Positions 1 through 7,249 of a stretch of 32,181 bases of DNA are shown here, one piece after another. The notes under the pieces are model-generated. The model did no database searches. It had not been told where the DNA came from and worked only from the letters and a program-made list of their open reading frames with translations. The stretch's first letter is position 1. Each line of letters starts with the position of its first letter. The position numbers and the translations under genes were made by a program. Origin of the DNA: a virus (Duplodnaviria > Caudoviricetes); IMG/VR virus record IMGVR_UViG_3300030330_001729, positions 1 through 32,181 of that record. The stretch is one strand, 5' to 3'.

Positions 1-2
1 TC

Positions 3-1205
3 CTGAATCACCACGGGTCTGGTTCGTCACGGTGCTTGCTGCTCTCAGCACGCCGGAGGCCGCTGGACGAGAGAGGCAGGCGATGGCTCAAGGTACATGC
101 AAGCAATATGTGGGGTTACGACAAGGCTGACTATGACTCCCGCGCTGACTTCATTGATGACCGTATCGGTGAGATTGAGGCCATCGCCTACAACCCTGAA
201 GACCACATCGAACTATGGCGAAATGCCGACGAGCCGCTCCAGTACGTGGCTGCCTGCATGGCTCTGACCTTCGACGAGATCGGTGAGCGGATGATGGTTC
301 AGGCTGACGGCTCATGCAATGGGCTGCAGCACTACACCGCTGCGGGGCTGGATGAATTGGCTGCACCCTCAGTGAACCTGGTCCGAGGGGCCACCCCCGG
401 TGATGCCTATGAAGATGTCCTTCGATTTGTCATGCCAAAGATCGAGAAGGCTGCGGGCAAGGGGCATGAGTTAGCGAACAAGCTGATGCCCTACATGCTT
501 GAGAGCGGGCGGTCGATCCTGAAGCAGCCGGTTATGACCAAGAACTACAACGTCACCCACGTTGGAGCTAGATCCCAGATCCGGGCCGCCCTCAAGAAGC
601 ATGGGTATCCAACCCAAGAACTCTATGAAGGGGCCAGCTACCTATCTAGGAATGTTATGAAATCCGTGGGCGAAGCCTTCCCCGCAGCCCAAGCAATTAT
701 GTCTTGGATTGAGACATGCGCCCGCAAGATCGTGAATTCCAAAGCTGCCCAGCCCCTTAGCTGGGTCGGACCCACTGGATTCCCCGTGGTTCAGCCCTAC
801 CGAAACAACCGGCAATTCCGCATCAACACCCTGCTGCAGTCTGTGACGGTGGCTGCAGTTGATGTGAAGTCCCCTATTGCCAAGCAGAAGCAGATTCAGG
901 CTGCCAGCCCGAACGTCATTCACTGCTGGGATGGGGCGCATCAGCAGCTTACGGCGATTGAATGTGCCGAAGAGGACGTTGATATGGCCGGGGTCCACGA
1001 TTCGTACTGGAGCCATGCGGCCACGATGGATGACCTGCACGCGATCCTTCGCAGGCAATTCGTCCTGATGCACCAAGCTGATCTGGTCATGGATCTCTAC
1101 ACCCAGTGGAAGGGCCGGTATCCACGGGTCGAATTACCCCTGCCCCCATCCAAAGGGACGCTGGATCTTGAGCTAGTCAACGATTCGCCGTACTTCTTTC
1201 ACTAG
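3..1205 (+). CDS. Single-subunit (T7/mitochondrial family) DNA-directed RNA polymerase, C-terminal part; 5' end lies outside the window
   Basis: Motif A DGSCNGLQH, motif B RSILKQPVMTKNY, PNVIHCWDGAH, motif C VHDSYWSH, C-terminal YFFH; frame is open from base 3 (LNHHGSGSSRCLL), so the TTG at 36 is not the true start. Confidence 0.97.
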   Translation: MNHHGSGSSRCLLLSARRRPLDERGRRWLKVHASNMWGYDKADYDSRADFIDDRIGEIEAIAYNPEDHIELWRNADEPLQYVAACMALTFDEIGERMMVQADGSCNGLQHYTAAGLDELAAPSVNLVRGATPGDAYEDVLRFVMPKIEKAAGKGHELANKLMPYMLESGRSILKQPVMTKNYNVTHVGARSQIRAALKKHGYPTQELYEGASYLSRNVMKSVGEAFPAAQAIMSWIETCARKIVNSKAAQPLSWVGPTGFPVVQPYRNNRQFRINTLLQSVTVAAVDVKSPIAKQKQIQAASPNVIHCWDGAHQQLTAIECAEEDVDMAGVHDSYWSHAATMDDLHAILRRQFVLMHQADLVMDLYTQWKGRYPRVELPLPPSKGTLDLELVNDSPYFFH

Positions 1206-1220
1206 CGTTGGAACGAGTCA

Positions 1221-1775
1221 ATGGATAAACAGAAGCAATTTGCATTGATATTTTCGACTGGCCCGACATGGGACCAGAAGACTAGACAGATGAGCCGCAA
1301 GGGCAAATGGAGGCTGGCGTGGGCCAACCCCCAGTTGTTCTACACCCTGATGGGTTCATGGCTTGTCGGGGCTGTATTCCGAACTTCAATCCGGCACGTG
1401 GCCGTGACAAATGGCACGGTTGTATTGAATCAGAACTTCCAGGAGATTAGGTTCTGGTCTTACGAGGCGTTTGTACGCATCTACCCCAACATCGTCGCGT
1501 ATGTTCCATTAGGCAACACGCTGTCTGTTGATTGGGAAAAGTATGAAAACCTTCCTAAGCGGAGCCTTTTCTACGCCACCTTTGCTCGCTTTGCCATGCT
1601 ATTTACTTGCGGCCTGTACCAATGCGACAACTGTGTATCCACAGCTAGGGCTGTGCTGAAGGACGCGGGGGTCTATGTTCCACGGTCAGCGTGGCATCCT
1701 AAAAAACTCGTAAGTTGGCTAATGGAGAATGGTTATGGCTGTCTACCCGGCTCGCCTCCCTCATACTGTGAGTGA
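1221..1775 (+). CDS. Hypothetical protein, possibly permuted papain-like (NlpC/P60 superfamily) peptidase/amidase
   Basis: 184 aa; His in IRHVAV precedes DNCVS and a later P-x-x-L motif, the His-before-Cys order of permuted papain folds; function is inference. Confidence 0.5.
   Translation: MDKQKQFALIFSTGPTWDQKTRQMSRKGKWRLAWANPQLFYTLMGSWLVGAVFRTSIRHVAVTNGTVVLNQNFQEIRFWSYEAFVRIYPNIVAYVPLGNTLSVDWEKYENLPKRSLFYATFARFAMLFTCGLYQCDNCVSTARAVLKDAGVYVPRSAWHPKKLVSWLMENGYGCLPGSPPSYCE
1403..1418. repeat. 16-bp palindrome copy 1 (CGTGACAAATGGCACG, 1 mismatch)
   Basis: Matches CGTGCCA-AA-TGGCACG at 15/16; lies inside CDS 1221-1775. Confidence 0.75.
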
Positions 1776-1947
1776 ACTTATTGATGACCTTGACAAAGTA
1801 ACCCCCCGCCCGGCGGTTGAGGGGCCGATTACTGATGATGAAACCTTGCAGAAACTTGTGTTCGATGCTGGACGGAGATCCATCGTAGACGAACTCATGC
1901 GTCTAAAAAACAGAACACAGAAGGAGAGCATTCATGGGAGCGCCTAG
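1735..1947 (+). CDS. Small hypothetical protein, T7 gp6.5-like position and motif
   Basis: GGAG RBS 1724-1727 before ATG 1735; AGRRSIVDEL motif typical of the small gene preceding portal in T7-like phages. Confidence 0.65.
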   Translation: MAVYPARLPHTVSELIDDLDKVTPRPAVEGPITDDETLQKLVFDAGRRSIVDELMRLKNRTQKESIHGSA

Positions 1948-2170
1948 TATTCCAAGCAACAACGCTCCAGCCACTACTGTCGCAACAGTCGAAGAGGAAC
2001 CAGGGCTGGTAATGAAGGTCGATGACCCTGCCAAGCCGCCTCATACCGAGAAGACAGAGGCCCAGCGGCGTGCCGAAAGAGGCACTGAAGGCACTAGACA
2101 GAGCCTTGTAATTAACCAGCTAGGCGGGGTGGGCATGAATGTGCCGAGCCAAGGGGTCGGTAAAGGGTGA
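1934..2170 (+). CDS. Small putative virion assembly protein (T7 gp6.7/7.3-like position)
   Basis: AAGGAG RBS; 78 aa low-complexity Pro/Ala-rich protein directly upstream of and overlapping the portal gene. Confidence 0.6.
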   Translation: MGAPSIPSNNAPATTVATVEEEPGLVMKVDDPAKPPHTEKTEAQRRAERGTEGTRQSLVINQLGGVGMNVPSQGVGKG

Positions 2171-3771
2171 TCGACCAGACAATTCGCAAGGACTTCCTGC
2201 TGTACGACAGCCAGAGGCAGGAATCCTTAGAGCGTGCTAGGCACTGTGCCAGCCTTACAAAGCCGTGGGTACTTCCCCCGGACGGCTGGTCAGAAGACCA
2301 GCCCCTAGATTCGACTTTCTCCTCTCTGGCAGCCCGTGGAATTACTAATCTTGAAGGGCGGCTATTGCTCGCCCTGTTTCCACCCGGTATGCCATTCTTC
2401 CGATTCAGACCATCGAGCCGTTTCCGTTTCGATCCGGGCGTAGACCCCCAGCAGTTGAGCGAATTTGCTGACCTCCTGCGATTGCAGGAAATGGTCATTA
2501 TGGCTCACTTAGAAAGCATGGACAGAGCCGGTCACGGAAACGCTCGACGGGCTGGATTTCGTTCCCGAATGAGGACGGCGATCAGCCAACTCCTTATTAC
2601 CGGGGATGTCCTGATCCACATGTCTGATGACATGAATCTCAGGGTTTTCCGCAGGGACAATTACGTCACAAAGCGGGATTCGTCCGGCGATATTCAGTGC
2701 CACATTACTCGTGAGAGCATTGATCCCCTGACCCTTTCCGCACAGCAGCTTGACCAACTCGAACTAGACTTCGACACCCTTGCCGCAAAGCCACACCATG
2801 ACCGGATGGAAGACTTATTCACCCGCGTCTCTTGGAACCCTATCTCGAAATCGTGGCTGATCGAGCAAGAAATCAAAGATAAGAAGATTCTTGAGACTAC
2901 TGAGAAGGTCACACCGTATTTCAGCGTGGCCTTTGAGCTACCCCCAGCCGCCAATTATGGCCGAGGCTTGATCGAACAGAACCTTGGCGACGTTCGATCA
3001 ATGAATGAGCTTACCGAGCGGCTGCTGGATTTTGCGGCCCTATCGAGCAAGCTGCTCTTTGCTGTGGACTACAGCAGCCAGGTCCGGCCAGAAGATTTAG
3101 CACGTTCAACCGGCGAGGTGATTCAGGCCCGTGTCCAATCTGGACAGGTTACGGACATCGGGATGCTCAAGGTAGACAAGCTGCAGGATTTCAACATTGT
3201 CGGCACAACACGCGAAAGCATCCGAAAAGACCTATCGGTCACGATGCTGATGGAGAGCGAGTCAACTCCACGCGGGGAACGAGTCACGGCATTCCAAGTT
3301 CAACGAGTAGCAATGGAACTTGAAGGGGCTTTGGGAGGCGTATACGCCCCCATCGCTGACGCGATGCAGATTCCTTTGATTGAAAGGCTCATTTCGGTCC
3401 TGAATAGCAAGGGCGTGCTGCCAACCTTGCCTGATGAATCAGTCGAGGTAGAAGCTGTGACCGGAATCCAAGCTCTCTCTAACGAGTCTGACAACAGCAA
3501 ACTCATGCAGCTTATGCAAACGATTGCACAGCTTGGTCCCGAAACAATGGGCCGAATCGACAAAGGCATCCTCATGGATCTTCTGGTACGGCAGTCCGGC
3601 ATTTACGAGCCGGGACTCGTTAAGACTGATGAGCAAATCCAGCAAGAAGAACAGGCTGCACAGGAAGCAGCCATGAAGCAGCAGATACAGGCACAAGCGT
3701 TACAGACGGGTGGCAAGATTGTGGAGCAGAACGCCGCCCAACAACCTATAGAGGAAATGGTAAATGTCTGA
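2167..3771 (+). CDS. Head-to-tail connector (portal) protein, T7 gp8-like
   Basis: 534 aa; ARGITNLEGRLLLALFPPGMPFFRF, YVTKRDSSG, NYGRGLIE, RGERVTA, ELEGALGGVY motifs; Gln/Ala-rich C-terminus. Confidence 0.95.
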   Translation: MIDQTIRKDFLLYDSQRQESLERARHCASLTKPWVLPPDGWSEDQPLDSTFSSLAARGITNLEGRLLLALFPPGMPFFRFRPSSRFRFDPGVDPQQLSEFADLLRLQEMVIMAHLESMDRAGHGNARRAGFRSRMRTAISQLLITGDVLIHMSDDMNLRVFRRDNYVTKRDSSGDIQCHITRESIDPLTLSAQQLDQLELDFDTLAAKPHHDRMEDLFTRVSWNPISKSWLIEQEIKDKKILETTEKVTPYFSVAFELPPAANYGRGLIEQNLGDVRSMNELTERLLDFAALSSKLLFAVDYSSQVRPEDLARSTGEVIQARVQSGQVTDIGMLKVDKLQDFNIVGTTRESIRKDLSVTMLMESESTPRGERVTAFQVQRVAMELEGALGGVYAPIADAMQIPLIERLISVLNSKGVLPTLPDESVEVEAVTGIQALSNESDNSKLMQLMQTIAQLGPETMGRIDKGILMDLLVRQSGIYEPGLVKTDEQIQQEEQAAQEAAMKQQIQAQALQTGGKIVEQNAAQQPIEEMVNV

Positions 3772-4582
3772 CGAAGCTAGTGCAGGCGGCAACCAGCCAG
3801 CGCCAACATTCGGAATTCAAGCCTCCGGGCAAACTCCACAGCCTGAAGCGGAAACAGTTGAAGGTGCGACAATCACGCCGCTCAACCCGCCTGACGAATC
3901 AGGAAACCCTGAAAGCATGTCGGCCAGAATGTGGGCAGATAAATTTAAGTCACCAGAAGACATGGAAAAGTCTTATCTGGAACTGGAAAAGAATTTTCAT
4001 TCCAAGCCCAATACAAGCGAAATGGGTGTTGATGCCCTGCTTGAACACGCTGGGCTTCGCGGGGATGAACTTGCTACTAATTGGTCACAACAAGGCAGCT
4101 TGACAGACGATCAATACCAAGCGTTTGCAAAAATCGGATTGTCTCGTGAGCTAGTTGACACATTCATGCGAGGTGAAGCAGCCAACGCACAGAACACTGT
4201 GTACAGGCAAGAAAAGATGATCCAGAAAGGACATGATCTTGCTGGCGGCAAAGATGAGTTTCAGGCTTTGATGCGGTGGGCAAACGACAAGCTGCCCCAA
4301 GATCGCATTGCAGAGCTTGAAGCCAGGATGAATGACCCTAGACAGTTTGAGGGAGCAATCAAAGAGATGCTCTGGGACTGGCGAGACAGCACTGGTCGAG
4401 GCGGAATCAATAAACAGATTCTTGCTGGCGAAGCAATGCCCAATGTTTCAGCGGGATTCCAAACCGTTGATGAGTACCTAACCGCGATGCAGAGTCAGAA
4501 GCGGCAGGGCAAGTTTGACCCTGTATTCCTGAAGCGAATGCAGAACACCCCGAACCATATCATCAACGGAGTAGATAGATGA
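3764..4582 (+). CDS. Capsid assembly scaffolding protein, T7 gp9-like
   Basis: KFKSPEDMEKSYLELEK motif, AGGKDEFQALMRWA; acidic; located between portal and capsid; GAGG RBS. Confidence 0.9.
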   Translation: MSDEASAGGNQPAPTFGIQASGQTPQPEAETVEGATITPLNPPDESGNPESMSARMWADKFKSPEDMEKSYLELEKNFHSKPNTSEMGVDALLEHAGLRGDELATNWSQQGSLTDDQYQAFAKIGLSRELVDTFMRGEAANAQNTVYRQEKMIQKGHDLAGGKDEFQALMRWANDKLPQDRIAELEARMNDPRQFEGAIKEMLWDWRDSTGRGGINKQILAGEAMPNVSAGFQTVDEYLTAMQSQKRQGKFDPVFLKRMQNTPNHIINGVDR

Positions 4583-4995
4583 ACGACGCAAGACTAAACA
4601 TGCAAGCAATTAACTTGCAAATGAAGCACAACCTGCGACCTGCTTTCACTATTCGTGCTGGCGGTGGTGGGATCTATTGCCACCTCGTACATGGCGCTAC
4701 TGGTGAATATAAGTTTGGCGGCGGCGGAAACACTGAAGAGGAGGCATTTGCCCGTGCGTATGAGAAATTTGAAACAGCGCCGGACAGCCCCGACGCGAAA
4801 GCCGTCCAAGCTGAGAATGAAAATCTCCGTGAGCAACTCGCGGCTATGGAGTCCAAGCTGGAAAACTCCACGCCTGATGCACTGGAGGCGAGCGACAGCA
4901 ATGGTTCGACATCTGATGATGCTGACGAAGTAGCTGAAGCACCTGTCAAGAAGACACGCCGCAAGCGAAAGTCCTCTTCATCAACACCGTTTTGA
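4579..4995 (+). CDS. Hypothetical protein with coiled coil and basic C-terminal tail
   Basis: 138 aa, ATGA overlap with scaffold stop; ENENLREQLAAMESKL coiled coil; KKTRRKRK tail. Confidence 0.7.
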   Translation: MNDARLNMQAINLQMKHNLRPAFTIRAGGGGIYCHLVHGATGEYKFGGGGNTEEEAFARAYEKFETAPDSPDAKAVQAENENLREQLAAMESKLENSTPDALEASDSNGSTSDDADEVAEAPVKKTRRKRKSSSSTPF

Positions 4996-5007
4996 TTTAA
5001 CCTTTCC

Positions 5008-5042
5008 GCACCTGATGGCCCTCCGGGCTGTTGGGTGTTTTT
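5008..5042 (+). terminator. Intrinsic terminator-like hairpin upstream of the capsid gene
   Basis: CACCTGATGGCCC-TCC-GGGCTGTTGGGTG stem with several G-U pairs, followed by TTTTT. Confidence 0.65.
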
Positions 5043-5072
5043 GCAGATATGAGCCTGACCGCAATGGGATAA

Positions 5073-5094
5073 CTACGTGCCAAATGGCACGTAG
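5073..5094. repeat. 16-bp palindrome copy 2, extended to 22 bp (CTACGTGCCAAATGGCACGTAG)
   Basis: Perfect core at 5076-5091; intergenic, between the terminator and the capsid RBS. Confidence 0.9.
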
Positions 5095-5165
5095 CCTCAT
5101 GGGCGTGAAGACAACTCACTGCGTTGTTTACACACCAACCCCACTCCCATTTTGAGGAAAATGAT

Positions 5166-6410
5166 ATGACTGATATTGGTTCAACCTATCTGACCAGAGG
5201 TCTGATGGATGAAGCGCAAAGTACACCAACAGATCGTGATATGGCTCTTAAGCTGTTTTCGGGATCGGTCCTGGAAGCCTTTCGCCAGAAAACAGTTTTC
5301 TACGATAACACTGGATCGTTCATGGCCCAGCGCACACTTACTGGTGGTGATACCGCTAAGTGGCCTGTGATCGGCGACGATCTTGAGCTTTACAACATTG
5401 GTAACTGGAACGTCGATGGTGACGGCACTTCGTTTGAGAATGCCGCAGACATCGCATCAGACGGCGGTATCCTTGGTGGCTACCACACCCCCGGTGAATT
5501 TATCAAGGGACGCAAGGTAAATCTGTCCGAGAAGGCCGTGACCGTGGACGACGCCCTGGTCGCCGCAATCGATGTCCCCTTCATCGACTTGGACTTGAGC
5601 CACTTTGACGTTTTGCAGCCATTTGCGACCAAATTGGGCCGGTCCCTGGCTATTGATAATGATCGCAAGATTGCAACTATTGCAATGAACGCTGCGAAGT
5701 CTGCTGATGAAACCGGCGTGTATAAGGGCGGCTCACACGTTCTTCGTACTGGGTCCAATTCGGTCGCCACTGCTTACGAAGACAGCCAAGTTGGCTCAAG
5801 CAAGTTCCGTGCAGACGTTGCGGAATTGGCTCAGAACTTTGATGACAAGCATGTGCCTGAAGATGGCCGCTATCTGTTCGTCAGCCCATACATTCGTCGC
5901 ATCCTTCGCCACGAAGGTACTGGCTGGGCGTTCGGCCCATCGGCACAGACTGCAGTTTCACCGAATACGAGCGAAACTGCTATCTACGGCCCCGCTGGCA
6001 ACCCTTACAGCCGCGATCAAACTTCGCGTCCTTGGGATGTCAACATGCGAACTGTTGGAATGCTCGAAGGTTTCAACATCATCATTACGACTTCGCTCCC
6101 CGGCACTGCGCCTTATGGGTGGCTCGAATCAACGAGCGGTCGCTACAACCTAATTAACTCCCGTCTTGGAAAGTACGACTTCAACTGCACGGGTGATGAC
6201 ACTGACACAGCAAAGCCTGCCGCTATCGCACTCTGCGGTGCGCAGGAAGGCAATGCAGCTATCGGCATGGTTCAGGCTGCGGGCATGAGAACCGTTGTCC
6301 AGGATGATGAGCGCAGGAACGTAAAATTCCTAAAGTCCCAAATGCTAGTAGGTTACGACGTTCTTTCGCCTTGGTGCGCGGGAATGATCGGAGTCGCTAC
6401 GACCTCTTGA
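5166..6410 (+). CDS. Major capsid protein, T7 gp10-like (HK97 fold)
   Basis: LKLFSGSVLEAF, RTLTGGDTAKWPVIG, EKAVTVDD, FDDKHVPEDGRYLFVSP motifs; GAGG RBS 5154-5157 favours ATG 5166 (414 aa). Confidence 0.93.
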   Translation: MTDIGSTYLTRGLMDEAQSTPTDRDMALKLFSGSVLEAFRQKTVFYDNTGSFMAQRTLTGGDTAKWPVIGDDLELYNIGNWNVDGDGTSFENAADIASDGGILGGYHTPGEFIKGRKVNLSEKAVTVDDALVAAIDVPFIDLDLSHFDVLQPFATKLGRSLAIDNDRKIATIAMNAAKSADETGVYKGGSHVLRTGSNSVATAYEDSQVGSSKFRADVAELAQNFDDKHVPEDGRYLFVSPYIRRILRHEGTGWAFGPSAQTAVSPNTSETAIYGPAGNPYSRDQTSRPWDVNMRTVGMLEGFNIIITTSLPGTAPYGWLESTSGRYNLINSRLGKYDFNCTGDDTDTAKPAAIALCGAQEGNAAIGMVQAAGMRTVVQDDERRNVKFLKSQMLVGYDVLSPWCAGMIGVATTS

Positions 6411-6426
6411 TACGCATGGTTGAGTC

Positions 6427-6463
6427 TAGGGGGGAGGGTTTTCCTCCCCCCTATTCTCGTTTT
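6427..6463 (+). terminator. Post-capsid terminator (T-phi equivalent position)
   Basis: TAGGGGGGAGG-GTTTT-CCTCCCCCCTA 11-bp stem followed by TTCTCGTTTT, just after the capsid stop. Confidence 0.8.
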
Positions 6464-6476
6464 ACGCGAGATTGAC

Positions 6477-6695
6477 ATGACCAGACAGACCAGTAATGGA
6501 ACAAGGGAAGTTGTGCGGCTCAGTCCAAATGATTGGGCTGGAATTCTTGCCGTCGCTTTCACGATTCTTGTGACGATATTCATCGCAGGAATAACAATCG
6601 AATCACGCTTGACAGAAGTGCTTACTCGTCAAGAACAACTACAAATCCGCATCGAGCGCGTGGAAGCGCAGATCGACATGAGAGGAGACTCCTGA
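6477..6695 (+). CDS. Small single-TM protein with C-terminal coiled coil (holin-like architecture)
   Basis: 72 aa; hydrophobic WAGILAVAFTILVTIFIAGITI followed by heptad-rich ESRLTEVLTRQEQLQIRIERVE. Confidence 0.6.
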   Translation: MTRQTSNGTREVVRLSPNDWAGILAVAFTILVTIFIAGITIESRLTEVLTRQEQLQIRIERVEAQIDMRGDS

Positions 6696-7249
6696 TGGCT
6701 TATGGAGTAGAAGCCTTCGTGCTGCGCACTGCAAAGCGGCACTGGCGCAAGGCGTACCAAAGTGATGTGGCGGCTTCGCCAGATCCAAGTGATCTAATTT
6801 TCAACCCTACTACTGAAGCACCGAATGGTGGGCTTGATAATTCTGACGTTGACCAAGGTTTCACTGACACTGATGGCTGCAATCTTGCAAAGCTGACTGT
6901 GTATGGCAACCATTCGTCTGCAGACGGCAAGGCTGTAGACATGCTTCTGTCGGGCTACAGCAAAGTAGCAGGCGGGACACTTTGGGTTCCAAGCTACATC
7001 GGTCGCTTCCGCTGGACTCTTGGCACGCTCGTTGGCGTGGCAAGTTCAGACGTTGACAACACCCAGAACTTTGCCGATCAGGTACAGCTTGTCGATGGCG
7101 ATACAAGTGTGCGGATCATTACCGACACGGTAAACAACGTCGCCTCTGTCACGGTTGACCTTGAAGGCGCAAGCTGGCTCAAGGTTCAGTGGGACACTGC
7201 ACCAGGAACGGAGCCTGACAGCTTTAATGCTCTGGTAAGCCTCTTCTGA
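6695..7249 (+). CDS. Hypothetical beta-rich protein, probable virion component
   Basis: AGGAG RBS 6683-6687, TGATG overlap; 184 aa, Asp/Thr/Val-rich, in the structural module. Confidence 0.65.
   Translation: MAYGVEAFVLRTAKRHWRKAYQSDVAASPDPSDLIFNPTTEAPNGGLDNSDVDQGFTDTDGCNLAKLTVYGNHSSADGKAVDMLLSGYSKVAGGTLWVPSYIGRFRWTLGTLVGVASSDVDNTQNFADQVQLVDGDTSVRIITDTVNNVASVTVDLEGASWLKVQWDTAPGTEPDSFNALVSLF

Noticed and set aside
6380-6420. T7 10B-like programmed frameshift extension of the capsid
   Set aside because: No slippery sequence recognised near the stop, and a terminator follows immediately
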